Source: Promethearchaeum syntrophicum (lineage in GTDB: Archaea; Asgardarchaeota; Lokiarchaeia; Sigyniarchaeales; Promethearchaeaceae). From it: 32,000 nt of DNA. Under the pieces are notes generated by a model. It was given only the letters and a program-made list of their open reading frames with translations. It was not told where the DNA came from and made no database searches. A program made the translations under genes and the position numbers. Shown here piece after piece: positions 15,778 to 25,636 of this stretch. How positions within the stretch are numbered: the stretch's first letter is position 1; every line of letters starts with the position of its first letter. Where the stretch lies: assembly GCF_008000775.2 (NCBI RefSeq), contig NZ_CP042905.2:1590001-1622000 (forward strand), read 5' to 3'.

Positions 15778-17457
15778 ATGTCAACAAATGACCCACTTAT
15801 GACTTATAAAAGGGCTTTGTATCACGGATGCGGATTTTCTAATGAAGATTTAAAACGTCCAAATATTGCCATAGCAAATTCTTTCAATGATGTTAATCCT
15901 GGACATATTCATCTTCGAGATTTAGCAAAATCGGTAAAATCTGGAATATTAAAAGCGGGTGGTCTACCTATGGAATTTAATACTATTGCTATCTGTGATG
16001 GTATTGCCAATAGTGGAAAGAATAGTAAATATGTACTTCCTTCAAGAGAAATTATAGCAATGAGTTTAGAAAGTATGGTTCAATCGCATGGATTTGATGG
16101 ATTAGTGTGTATTTGTTCATGTGATAAAATTATTCCTGGTATGATTATGGGTGCCATCAGATGTAATCTTCCTACAATCTTTTTAACAGGAGGTGTAATG
16201 GATCCTGCAGAAATAGATGGAATTGGAGTAAAAGTTACATCTGATATTAAGGAAGCAATTGGTGAATGGAAAGCGGGAAAAATTGATGATTTAACATTGG
16301 AAAGAATTGAAAATGAAACTTGTTGTTCTCCTGGAGCTTGTAATATGATGGGAACTGCTTGTACAATGGCTAGCATTGTAGAAGCTATGGGGCTTTCTCT
16401 TCCTAATTGTGCCATGACTCCTGCTATATCAGATGATCGAAAAGAAATCGCAAAACAAACTGGCTCTCGTGTATTGGAATTAGTTCGAAAAAAAATAACA
16501 ATTAAACAGATAATAAGTCATGAAGCATTAGAAAATGGGATTAGATTAGGTTTAGCGGTAGGAGGTTCGAGTAATATGGTGCTTCACATGGTAGCTATTG
16601 CTTATGAATTAGGAATCCCTTATTCCCATGATAATTTTGATCCACTTTCAAATTCTACTCCCTTATTGGCAAAATTCAAACCTGCTTCAAATCTAAATTT
16701 GAAGGATTATCACCTCGCCGGAGGGATTCCGGCTACTTTAAAGGAATTACTTCCATTATTACACAAGAAAGCTATAACTACTTCTGGTAAAACAATTGAA
16801 CAAATTGCAGAAAGCGCTCAAAATCATAACTTAGATGTAATACATCCCCTTTCCAACCCAATCAAGAATCATGGGGGATTGGCTGTTTTAAAAGGAAATC
16901 TTGCACCTGAGGGGTGTATCGTTAAAGAATCTGCAGTTTATAATAAAATGTTAAAACATTCGGGACCCGCGAAAGTATTTGAGAGTGAAGAAGCTGTTAA
17001 AGATGCTTTAATGAATAATAAAGTAAAACCTGGTGATATTTTAGTGATCCGTTATGAAGGGCCTAAGGGATCTCCTGGGATGCGCGAAATGTCTATTCCT
17101 GCAGCAATTCTAGTTGGGATGGGTTTAGGGGATTCAGTGGCAATGATTACCGATGGGAGATATAGCGGAGCAAGTAGAGGCCCTTGCATCGGGCATGTCT
17201 GTCCAGAAGCTTATGAATGTGGTCCAATAGCACTTGTAGAAAATGAGGACATTATTGAAATTGACATTCCAAATAGAAAATTAAGTTTATTAGTGGATGA
17301 AAAAATTCTTGATGAAAGAAAACTTAAGTGGAAACGCCCAAAATTAAAATTTGACCATGGAATTTTAGGGTTGTATCCGAAATTAGTTTCGAGTGCAAAA
17401 TATGGTGCAGTTTTAAATCTAAAGGATAAAAATCATAAAAAAGATGAAGAGTTTTAA
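15778..17457 (+). CDS. ilvD: Dihydroxy-acid dehydratase / IlvD-Edd family dehydratase
   Basis: 559 aa. Motifs seen: [88 protein letters not shown]. These include the Fe-S cysteines and the C-terminal signature. Confidence 0.9.
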   Translation: MSTNDPLMTYKRALYHGCGFSNEDLKRPNIAIANSFNDVNPGHIHLRDLAKSVKSGILKAGGLPMEFNTIAICDGIANSGKNSKYVLPSREIIAMSLESMVQSHGFDGLVCICSCDKIIPGMIMGAIRCNLPTIFLTGGVMDPAEIDGIGVKVTSDIKEAIGEWKAGKIDDLTLERIENETCCSPGACNMMGTACTMASIVEAMGLSLPNCAMTPAISDDRKEIAKQTGSRVLELVRKKITIKQIISHEALENGIRLGLAVGGSSNMVLHMVAIAYELGIPYSHDNFDPLSNSTPLLAKFKPASNLNLKDYHLAGGIPATLKELLPLLHKKAITTSGKTIEQIAESAQNHNLDVIHPLSNPIKNHGGLAVLKGNLAPEGCIVKESAVYNKMLKHSGPAKVFESEEAVKDALMNNKVKPGDILVIRYEGPKGSPGMREMSIPAAILVGMGLGDSVAMITDGRYSGASRGPCIGHVCPEAYECGPIALVENEDIIEIDIPNRKLSLLVDEKILDERKLKWKRPKLKFDHGILGLYPKLVSSAKYGAVLNLKDKNHKKDEEF

Positions 17458-18578
17458 GGTTTATCTTCAATATCCTTAACCTTGATCTCTCTATAATTAT
17501 TTCTTAAAGATCGAACTATCGCCAAAGAAATTTGTAAAATATAGCGTGCTTCTATTGGATTCACTTCCGGTTGTCTATCTTCTCGGATAGCTTCAATAAA
17601 TTCTCGAGAACAATTTACAAATGAATTGGCCCAATCAGTATTAACATTTAGATCTGAATGCCATTTACCTTCTTTATCAATCCAATGAATCCCTGCTTTT
17701 CCTGGAGCAGAATTATCACAATTTTCATATAAACTTCCAGTACATCCCGGCATGTATATTGCACCATAGTCCCCATATATAGTTAAATATTCATCACAAC
17801 CATAATATTTGGATTGCATAGGAAAGAATTTATGCATGCTTATACTCCAAGTAGCCATATGGGATTTATCTTTAAAAGTATAAATTATGTTAGCGGGGAT
17901 GTCCCAATCAAGAACGTTGAATACCTTTGTCTTTCCTTGCCAAGCAATTACTGATTTTACCGGTTCGTCAAAAAAATGAGCAATTATACTATGTTTGTGA
18001 TATCCATCATCAAAAATTGTCGGTAGTTTATAATTTCCTTTTTCCGTAAGTCTCCATTGCCATGATTTTAGAGGGACATCCCATGCTGAAAGTGATTTTT
18101 CGGCACTAAGCATTTGATAGTCTATTTTTACTGGCTTTCCTATAACATTTTGTTTAATTAATCCTTTGGCTTTCATGTAGGGTTCATAAAATCGGAAATT
18201 TTCAAAAATTCTGAATTTCAATTCGGTGTTTTTTGAAACCTCAATCATTTTATCCATATCTGAAAGTGTTAAAGCTGGAATCTTCTGGAGCGAAACATGT
18301 TTTCCCGCTCTGAATGCTTTTATTGTATGTTCTGTGTGTAAATGATGTGGTGTTAAGATTTCAACAGCATCAATTTTATTATTTTTTAAGAATTCATCTA
18401 CGTTCGAGTATGTTTGTTCAACATTGTATTCATCTGCAACTTGTTTGAGTCTTTTTTTATTCTTATCGCAAATTGCCACAATTTCAGCATTCATTTTATT
18501 CTCGGGTTTGTATGCTTGTAAATGTAATGTGCTTATTCTCCCTAAACCTAAGATTCCAACTCGAATTTTATCACCCAT
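17454..18578 (-). CDS. Gfo/Idh/MocA-family NAD(P)-dependent oxidoreductase
   Basis: 374 aa. N-terminal Rossmann [16 protein letters not shown] and EILTPHHLH, followed by a C-terminal alpha/beta oligomerisation domain. Its stop codon overlaps the ilvD-like stop by 4 nt. Confidence 0.8.
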   Translation of the reverse strand: MGDKIRVGILGLGRISTLHLQAYKPENKMNAEIVAICDKNKKRLKQVADEYNVEQTYSNVDEFLKNNKIDAVEILTPHHLHTEHTIKAFRAGKHVSLQKIPALTLSDMDKMIEVSKNTELKFRIFENFRFYEPYMKAKGLIKQNVIGKPVKIDYQMLSAEKSLSAWDVPLKSWQWRLTEKGNYKLPTIFDDGYHKHSIIAHFFDEPVKSVIAWQGKTKVFNVLDWDIPANIIYTFKDKSHMATWSISMHKFFPMQSKYYGCDEYLTIYGDYGAIYMPGCTGSLYENCDNSAPGKAGIHWIDKEGKWHSDLNVNTDWANSFVNCSREFIEAIREDRQPEVNPIEARYILQISLAIVRSLRNNYREIKVKDIEDKP

Positions 18579-18618
18579 ATTAATCCACTTCTACTACTTT
18601 CTTTTTGAATTTTTCTAA

Positions 18619-18631
18619 ATATATATATATA
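18619..18631. promoter_or_regulatory. (AT)6A TATA-like tract in the divergent spacer between the oxidoreductase and transporter genes
   Basis: atatatatatata lies 22-34 nt upstream of the ATG at 18653 and 41 nt from the minus-strand ATG at 18578. The position fits a leaderless or short-leader archaeal promoter. Confidence 0.35.
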
Positions 18632-18652
18632 CAACTTGAGAGCAGTAAAATT

Positions 18653-20053
18653 ATGGAAACTCCAACTGAAAAAAAAAAAAAACGTGAAGTTCCCCTAAAA
18701 ATCTCAATCGGGTTTGCTGTTGGGGAAATATCTGATATGATAGCTTATCAAGGATTTAGTTTTTTGATATTTACATTCTATTTTTCGCTTGTAAAATTGC
18801 CAACCGAGACTATTACATTGGTATTTATTCTTTGGTCAATTTTTAACGCATTCAACGATCCAATACTGGGAGCCATGTCAGATCGAACAAAAACTAAAAA
18901 ATTTGGAGGGGGACGTAGAAGGCCTTGGATTATTGCAATGTTGATACCTCTTCCAGCAGTTATGTTCTTCTTATTTACTCCTCCGCTTGGAAATACTACT
19001 TTAAGTGCAATATACTTCTTCATTATCATCTGTTTATTTGATACGTTTTACACCGCGTATTCTCTTAACCATACAAGCTTATATCCCGAAATGTTCACGA
19101 CAGATTCCCAACGCGAGACCGTTGGCGGAGCTAGAAGGATTTTAATGGTTATTGGTTTGATAATTGCATTTATTTTACCTGGATTTGTAATCAAAGATTT
19201 AACTTTTCAAAATGAAGATCCTGTCACATTCACAGAATATAAAATCATGGGGATAATTTTTGGTTTTCTGATATTGATTACTCTGTTAATCCATCTTAAA
19301 TTTGGAATTAAAGAACCAAGTGTAGATGAACTTGAAAAAAAAAATACTCTCAGTTTCTGGAAATCTTTAACAACTACGCTAAAGAACGCAAAGTTTATCG
19401 TATTAGCCATTGCTTCCACTATGAATTGGTATGTTTTTGGGCTATTACCAATGATCATTCCAATTTACGCAACTTATGTACTTGACATGGATAATTCTCT
19501 TTTAATAAGTTCACTTCTATTAATTGCATTTCTATCTTCAATCCCCGGTGTTCTAATTTGGATAAAAGTAGATAGTAAATTGGGAAGTAAGAATACATTT
19601 ATCATTTCAACAATTGTTTGGATAATTTCCTTTATTCCTTTTATATTTATTACTGAATATTGGATGGCTGCTATTACAATGATAGTCGTGGGTTTTGGAT
19701 TAGGAGGGGCTCCATTCCTATTAGATTTAAATATTTCAAATATTATCGATGAAGATGAGTTACAAACAAACCAAAGACGTGAAGCTTCATATTATGGAAT
19801 ACATGCATTATTAATCAGATTATCAACAATAATGACCATTTTATCTGTGGGGTTTATCTTAAACACGAATGGATGGCGCGTATACGATCCTGATACAGTT
19901 ACTCCAGATTTAATATTTGGATTACAAAGTTTAATGTCATTTTTCCCAGCAGGAGCTTTGTTAATAAGTTTAATATTTCTTGGTCTTTTTCCACTAAATA
20001 AGAAAAGAGTAGAAGAAATCCATAAGAAGAAGTTGGAGTTGCATAATATTTAA
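18653..20053 (+). CDS. GPH-family (glycoside-pentoside-hexuronide:cation symporter) MFS transporter
   Basis: About 12 hydrophobic segments. The GPH signature is NAFNDPILGAMSDRTKTKKFGGGRRRPWI. The start is set at the first ATG (18653). The ORF-track TTG at 18605 would lie upstream of the TATA-like tract. Confidence 0.8.
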   Translation: METPTEKKKKREVPLKISIGFAVGEISDMIAYQGFSFLIFTFYFSLVKLPTETITLVFILWSIFNAFNDPILGAMSDRTKTKKFGGGRRRPWIIAMLIPLPAVMFFLFTPPLGNTTLSAIYFFIIICLFDTFYTAYSLNHTSLYPEMFTTDSQRETVGGARRILMVIGLIIAFILPGFVIKDLTFQNEDPVTFTEYKIMGIIFGFLILITLLIHLKFGIKEPSVDELEKKNTLSFWKSLTTTLKNAKFIVLAIASTMNWYVFGLLPMIIPIYATYVLDMDNSLLISSLLLIAFLSSIPGVLIWIKVDSKLGSKNTFIISTIVWIISFIPFIFITEYWMAAITMIVVGFGLGGAPFLLDLNISNIIDEDELQTNQRREASYYGIHALLIRLSTIMTILSVGFILNTNGWRVYDPDTVTPDLIFGLQSLMSFFPAGALLISLIFLGLFPLNKKRVEEIHKKKLELHNI

Positions 20054-20173
20054 AGTAAAAATGAAAATTCATTGTTTGAATGCTTATATCTCCAATTTTT
20101 TTATTTCTTTAATGTTATTTTCCATAATAATAAAAATACTTATTTATAATTTTAGATGACATAATAAATTATT

Positions 20174-20782
20174 ATGAATAAATTTCAAATTTTAGCTATT
20201 TGTGGAATGCTCGCTCCAATAATCTATACTATAGCATGGATTATCGGTGGATTTATTCTAGATGATTATAACCATATACGGGATGACGTAAGTTCTCTTT
20301 ATGCAGTTGGAGCTCCAAAGCAACAATTGTTTCAAACATTATTTGCTCTTGGGAGTGCATTGCTATTTCTCTTTTCTCTGGGATTACATAAGGGAATTAA
20401 TAATGGAGAAGGTTCTATTGTTGGACCCATATTCTTTATGGTAAGTGCTTTTTTAGGATTAATTGTTGCAATATTCTTCCCTTTAGATGAAGGCGGAGAG
20501 TTAACAACCTGGAAAGGTAAGATGCATTTGATATTGATTGTTATCTCAGGAATATTGGTGATGGCTTCGATGATCCTTTTGGGGCTTAGAACCAAATCAA
20601 TTGAAGGTTGGAGTGCTTTTGCATGGTTTTCATTTATCTCAGTGCCAATAACTATTATACTTATGATTGTTTCGGGAATTTATGCTGGGGGGCCTTATAT
20701 GGGGCTTGTTGAAAGATTTATGGTGGAATATTATCAATTATATTACTTCATTATTGCTTTAGTAGTATTTCTCCGAAACTAA
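20174..20782 (+). CDS. Polytopic membrane protein, DUF998-like
   Basis: 202 aa with six hydrophobic segments. The N-terminal IIGGFILDDYNHIRDDVSSLYAVGAP resembles the DUF998 'gY....isdLga' segment. This is a weak family call. Confidence 0.45.
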   Translation: MNKFQILAICGMLAPIIYTIAWIIGGFILDDYNHIRDDVSSLYAVGAPKQQLFQTLFALGSALLFLFSLGLHKGINNGEGSIVGPIFFMVSAFLGLIVAIFFPLDEGGELTTWKGKMHLILIVISGILVMASMILLGLRTKSIEGWSAFAWFSFISVPITIILMIVSGIYAGGPYMGLVERFMVEYYQLYYFIIALVVFLRN

Positions 20783-20954
20783 ATTTCCTTCAAATTATTT
20801 CTTATTTTTTTTTATTGACATTTAACGATAAATGAAGAGTTTTCATTGAATTATACATATTTTGCATAAAATGCAAAGTATTTTTAAATAAGGAAAAATA
20901 CTTAAAAATTAAGAAAACCAACATGCGGAAAATCCGTGTGATATAGTTTAAAAA

Positions 20955-22151
20955 GTGATTAATATGGAACAAAGCAAAATTTCTGGGTACAAAATAAGAT
21001 TGGGGATTCGTTCTAAGCTCATTTTTCTGTTGTTAGTATTCCAAATATTAGTTTTTATGCCTTTTATATTAAATATAAATAATGCAAATGCAGTTAGTGG
21101 TGGAACTCCTGGAGAACGTACGGGGCAACAAATGATTTATGATCCAATATTGGATGAAATTGTATTATATGGGGGTAATCGCGGTAATGGGGTTCGCTCA
21201 TCCTTAGATACAGTGTGGAAATATTCTATTTCAGATTCACAATGGAGAGAAATTTCTTCGGAAACTACGCCCGTATCACGATTTAGTCACCATATGGTCT
21301 ATCTGCCCATAAATCGAAGTATATTTCTTTTTGGGGGATGTAAAACTTCGGATTATGAAAGGTTGGGTGATACATGGCTCTATAACCTCGATAATAACAC
21401 TTGGGAAGAAGTATCACCATCTGTAAGTCCTTCCGCCCGTAGCGATTTGGCTCTCTGTTATGATTCTCTCAAGAATCGGGTTCTGTTGTTTGGAGGGTAT
21501 AATTATGATGACAGTAAGCTGAATGATTTATGGGTGTATTATCCCAATAATAATTCTTGGACTGAATTGGCTCCGAGTTCATCTCCCCCAAGTGATTACG
21601 GACATTCTCTATTTTATCGGAATAATGGGGGGGATGTATATACATTTGGGAGAAGCTCGACTCAAAACATAAATGATCTTTGGGAATATGACACTTCCGC
21701 TAATTCTTGGGCGAAAATGACTGTAGCATCCCCCATACCCTCATATAGATATTGGCACAACATGAGATACTCAAATATTTCAGATGTTTGTCTCCTCTTC
21801 GGAGGGAGTAGTTTTAATGTTGATAAGGATGACAGTTGGATTTTTAATTTTACAACTGATTCGTGGACCGAAATTCAATCAGATAATAATCCACCTAACC
21901 GGGTTGTGTTTTCAATGTGTCATGATTCACATCGAGACCAAATTTATATGTATGGAGGATTAGGAGAAGATTACAGCATATGCCGGGAAGATTTTTGGAA
22001 ATTCAATTTTACTTCGATGATATGGGAGGAAATCGAGATGCCTTCTAACTCTTCGATTAGTGGTTATAAATTTTTAGATCTGTGCTTCTACAGTTTAATA
22101 AGTTTACCATTTCTAATCTATATTCGAAAAAAAAAGTGGAAATCTCAGTAA
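20955..22151 (+). CDS. Membrane-anchored Kelch-repeat beta-propeller protein
   Basis: 398 aa. The signal peptide ends in ...NNANA|VSG. About six Kelch-like repeats follow, each with GG...(D/N)(L/T)W.Y......W motifs (LYGGN...TVWKY...SQW; LFGGC...DTWLY..NTW; LFGGY..NDLWVY...NSW; NDLWEYD...NSW; LFGGS...DSWIF...DSW; MYGGL..EDFWKF...MIW). A C-terminal TM segment plus an RKKKWK stop-transfer sequence closes the protein. The GTG at 20955 or the ATG at 20964 could be the start. Confidence 0.75.
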   Translation: MINMEQSKISGYKIRLGIRSKLIFLLLVFQILVFMPFILNINNANAVSGGTPGERTGQQMIYDPILDEIVLYGGNRGNGVRSSLDTVWKYSISDSQWREISSETTPVSRFSHHMVYLPINRSIFLFGGCKTSDYERLGDTWLYNLDNNTWEEVSPSVSPSARSDLALCYDSLKNRVLLFGGYNYDDSKLNDLWVYYPNNNSWTELAPSSSPPSDYGHSLFYRNNGGDVYTFGRSSTQNINDLWEYDTSANSWAKMTVASPIPSYRYWHNMRYSNISDVCLLFGGSSFNVDKDDSWIFNFTTDSWTEIQSDNNPPNRVVFSMCHDSHRDQIYMYGGLGEDYSICREDFWKFNFTSMIWEEIEMPSNSSISGYKFLDLCFYSLISLPFLIYIRKKKWKSQ

Positions 22152-22257
22152 AATCTGAATTAATCATTTTATCATCTTTTTTATTTTTAGATTTTGTAAA
22201 TAGATATCAATATTTTATTATTAGAATTTTAATTTAAAAAAAGGATAAATAAAGAAT

Positions 22258-23109
22258 TCATAACGAATTCCAGAAGCTTTCATCAGGATGGACTATTTCA
22301 GATTCTTTACGTTTATCATGGTAGCAGAAATCACATATTCCATGATTTTGTAGGATTGTTTTATTCCGCGTTAGTACAAAATTTTCATTATATTTTGTTG
22401 CTGAGTAAAAATCTCCCATACAAATTAGAAAATACATTAAATTGGGATCTTCAACTTCTTTGAGAGCCTCTCCCCATAAACATTCCTTCGTATGCATTAT
22501 AACACTCCCATTATCGATTTCACCAATAGTAAAATCATGAGTTGTTTTACATAAGTCAGCCATCCAACTCATGAATGGAACAAGTCCATCAAATTTCTTA
22601 CCTTTAGGATTAGGTTTGGAATAAAATTTTGTAGCCACTTTTCTTGCCAAATCATAAGCAATTTCTTTCCCATGTAAATTCATAATTGCATGGAAAAAAT
22701 AGTAAACATGGTAGTATGCAAATCGAACATAATTTCCAAATGGAACTTCGACAATATCCTCTTTATCTAATACTTTCTTGTTGTTTTTTGGCGTATTTAT
22801 TATATCTAAAAAGGAAAGCATTGCATGCTGTAAAACTAATAACTTATCAAGATAATTACCAATAACTTTCCAATTTGTGGGAGAAAATAAATCCATTGAG
22901 AAAATTTCAATTGATTGTTTAGGATTAGTTTTTTCTCTGAGAATACTCGTGTATTCTTTGAAAATTTCATCCATCCAAGTTGGTTGTTCTTTTTGAATTT
23001 CGCTTAGAAACATGTCTAATTCATCAAATTGAGCTTGAAAATATTTGAATAACTCAATTTTTTGTGTTTTATTTACATCTCGCTGATATGATTCACTGAG
23101 AACTTTCAT
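22258..23109 (-). CDS. Hypothetical protein; C-terminal half resembles the L-2-amino-thiazoline-4-carboxylate hydrolase-like (PF14196) Cys-rich domain
   Basis: 283 aa. ECLWGEALKEVEDPNLMYFLICMGDFYSA...FVLTRNKTILQNHGICDFCYH fits the pattern C....a...g.P.L....C..D......f.R..TL..G...CDF recalled from memory. Confidence 0.4.
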   Translation of the reverse strand: MKVLSESYQRDVNKTQKIELFKYFQAQFDELDMFLSEIQKEQPTWMDEIFKEYTSILREKTNPKQSIEIFSMDLFSPTNWKVIGNYLDKLLVLQHAMLSFLDIINTPKNNKKVLDKEDIVEVPFGNYVRFAYYHVYYFFHAIMNLHGKEIAYDLARKVATKFYSKPNPKGKKFDGLVPFMSWMADLCKTTHDFTIGEIDNGSVIMHTKECLWGEALKEVEDPNLMYFLICMGDFYSATKYNENFVLTRNKTILQNHGICDFCYHDKRKESEIVHPDESFWNSL

Positions 23110-23253
23110 TTTCTTATACTGGAGAAATTTCCTTAAATTATTAATTTACTTCTCAAATTAGAAATTCTGAAAAACGAGAATATTTTTTTTTCTAGATATA
23201 TCTTTTTATGAGATTATATCATTATTCTACAAAACACAGAAGAGTTTTGAAAT

Positions 23254-23844
23254 ATGTTTCATACAATAACCCCGGAAATTAAAGCACGAATGCTGTTTTT
23301 GGAAGAAAAAGATCAACGTGATCGAAAAGATGGAACACCTCGAATGCAACGACTAAGACAAATCCCTCCAGAAACAGGTAAATTTCTTTCTATTATGGCT
23401 GCATCTTCACCAAGAGGAACCATGATTGAGATTGGGACAAGCGCTGGATATTCAACATTGTGGTTATCACTTGCCGTTAAACTGCGAAATCAAAAAATAA
23501 TCACCTTTGAACTTTTAGAAGAGAAAATAGAAATGGCTAAGGAAACATTTCGTTTATCTCTAGTAGAAAGGTTTGTTGATTTACGTGAAGGGGACGCTTT
23601 GAAAAACTTAGATTTAATAAATGACATAGGATTTTGTTTTCTGGATTGTGAAAAAGAATTATATTTTGAATGTTATAAAAAAATAATTCCTAAATTGGTG
23701 AAAGGGGGTTTATTAGTATGTGATAATGCTATAAACCACAGAGAGACTCTCGCAACTATGATGAATTATGCTAAAAAAGATCAACGTGTTGATGTGGTGC
23801 TTGTTCCTATCGGAAAAGGAGAATTTGTTTGTAGAAAAGTATAA
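23254..23844 (+). CDS. Class I SAM-dependent O-methyltransferase (family 3, caffeoyl-CoA-OMT-like)
   Basis: 196 aa. [13 protein letters not shown] is SAM motif I. Also present: [25 protein letters not shown] and [13 protein letters not shown]. Confidence 0.7.
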   Translation: MFHTITPEIKARMLFLEEKDQRDRKDGTPRMQRLRQIPPETGKFLSIMAASSPRGTMIEIGTSAGYSTLWLSLAVKLRNQKIITFELLEEKIEMAKETFRLSLVERFVDLREGDALKNLDLINDIGFCFLDCEKELYFECYKKIIPKLVKGGLLVCDNAINHRETLATMMNYAKKDQRVDVVLVPIGKGEFVCRKV

Positions 23845-23949
23845 TTTATTCTTTTTTTATACAATTTTTTTTAAAAAGATATGTATCAGAATATTTCTTA
23901 AAACCCGTTATTCGCATTTTTTAATAAATTGTCTTCATTTGAGATAGTA

Positions 23950-24606
23950 ATGCGATTTGAAGGATTAATTTTTGATTGTGATGGTGTCTTAGTTGATTCA
24001 GAACCATTTAGCTGTGGAACATGGAATGTAATATTAAAAGATCTCTATAATATAGATATAGGGACAAACTATAATGCTATCCTTGGAAAAAACCTACGAG
24101 ATGCTGCTGAATATTATTCAAAAAAATTTAATCTTCCGTTTGATGATGGAACTCTATCGAAACTTACCCAATTAAAAGAAGATACTTATTATCGAATTGC
24201 CAAAGGTAAATTAAATCCAATTCCAGGAGTAAATCGAATAATTCAAGATGCTAAAAAATTAAATCTAAAAATAGCTGTAGCCTCATCAGGATCAATTAAT
24301 AAAATACATTTTAATCTTTCTCAAGCTAGATTAAATAATGAATTCCAGAATATTCTTTCTGCGGATGATGTCAAACATGCCAAACCTTCCCCAGATATAT
24401 TTTTAAAAGCAATGTCTCTAATGAAAGTTGAACCTAGTAAATGCATCATTATTGAAGATTCTGTTTCTGGAATAAGAGCTGCTAAATCAAGTGGTGCCTT
24501 TACGATTGGTCTTGCCTCTACATTTCCCGTAGAAAATTTGTATGAAGCGGATTTAATAATAGAAAATTATAATGAATTAGATCTTTTCCTTCTACTAAAA
24601 TCTTAA
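23950..24606 (+). CDS. HAD-superfamily hydrolase, beta-phosphoglucomutase/phosphatase-like subfamily IA
   Basis: Motif I is LIFDCDGVLVDSE, motif II is VASSG, and motif III/IV is KPSPDIFLKA...IIIEDSVSGIRAAKSSG. The start is placed at the ATG (23950). The ORF-track TTG at 23929 is also possible. Confidence 0.8.
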   Translation: MRFEGLIFDCDGVLVDSEPFSCGTWNVILKDLYNIDIGTNYNAILGKNLRDAAEYYSKKFNLPFDDGTLSKLTQLKEDTYYRIAKGKLNPIPGVNRIIQDAKKLNLKIAVASSGSINKIHFNLSQARLNNEFQNILSADDVKHAKPSPDIFLKAMSLMKVEPSKCIIIEDSVSGIRAAKSSGAFTIGLASTFPVENLYEADLIIENYNELDLFLLLKS

Positions 24607-24719
24607 ACTATTGGAAAAAAAAAATTCTAAAAGTAATTTGTAAATAAAAAATAACTATTAAATAGTAATAAATTTAATAATAGAATGAAAATAAATTCCA
24701 AAAAAATAAAACGAGAAAA

Positions 24720-25052
24720 ATGAAATCAAAAAATCCTGTATATATGTTATGTATATCGTTTATCTTTTTTTTTATGGTACCACTTCCAATTATTTCTGGA
24801 TATATCTCTTTTATAAATGCCGGACCTGATCCTCCCGAATCTAATTGCCCTTCAATCATTTTTGGTGATGGAGAAGCAATGGACAGATGTTTAGCAGCTT
24901 CAATAATATATAACCAAGAACAATTTGACAAACAACTTGAAATTGAAAAATCAACTTTGAATATAGGATTATTCTTTTTAGGTTTAACTCTTTTTGTATT
25001 TATAGGGAGTTTAATTCGGATCTCTAAATCAGCAAGAGATATTAGTTCATAA
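24720..25052 (+). CDS. Small two-TM membrane protein, hypothetical
   Basis: 110 aa with an ATG start and hydrophobic segments at both ends. It fully overlaps a minus-strand ORF (24674..25057) that has only a TTG start. The plus frame looks more protein-like, but neither frame has a recognisable family. Confidence 0.35.
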   Translation: MKSKNPVYMLCISFIFFFMVPLPIISGYISFINAGPDPPESNCPSIIFGDGEAMDRCLAASIIYNQEQFDKQLEIEKSTLNIGLFFLGLTLFVFIGSLIRISKSARDISS

Positions 25053-25218
25053 ATCAATTAATACTTTCAAAGAATATAATTTGAATCTATGTAGTATATC
25101 TTAAATTTATCTAGTACTTTTCTATTTTGTATTGAAGACTTATATATGCAATAAATTAAATAGAAATTTCATTGAAATAATTCTGCTTTAAATTCATGAG
25201 ATTTTTTTGTGATTTTTA

Positions 25219-25536
25219 ATGAATCTTATTATGGAAATTTCAGAATTTCAACAAAAAATGAGAGATTTATATATTCACAATGATAAAAAACGTGGAATAC
25301 ATCGCACTTCCCTTTGGTTGGGAGAGGAAATGGGAGAACTTATGAGCGAATTAAAATATAGTATTGATAAAATAGATAAACAAGCTGTTGCAGCGGAAAT
25401 GGCAGATATTTATGCTTGGGTAGCTTCTCTCGCAAATTTATTAGAAATTGATTTACAATCAATAATTTTAAATAAATATGATAAATGTCCAAAATGCAAT
25501 TCAGATCCATGTATATGTGAAAAAAATTTACCCTAA
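25219..25536 (+). CDS. MazG-like nucleoside triphosphate pyrophosphohydrolase
   Basis: 105 aa. LWLGEEMGELMSEL ... AAEMADIYAWVASLANLLEIDL matches the EExGE...E..D metal-binding helices of the MazG family. There is an extra C-terminal CPKCNSDPCIC cluster. Confidence 0.6.
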   Translation: MNLIMEISEFQQKMRDLYIHNDKKRGIHRTSLWLGEEMGELMSELKYSIDKIDKQAVAAEMADIYAWVASLANLLEIDLQSIILNKYDKCPKCNSDPCICEKNLP

Positions 25537-25636
25537 ATCTACATAATGATTTTAATTATTAAAATAAATAAGATATCCTTTTTTTTTCTTAATTCCCAAA
25601 CTTTTTAATTTTGATTAAAACCTTTATATAACTTGA

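Noticed and set aside
24674-25057. 127-aa minus-strand ORF overlapping the 110-aa plus-strand ORF at 24720..25052
   Set aside because: It has only a TTG start and no in-frame ATG until mid-ORF, and its composition is less protein-like. The plus-strand frame has an ATG and two clean TM segments. Neither is strongly supported, and I kept only the plus-strand ORF at low confidence.
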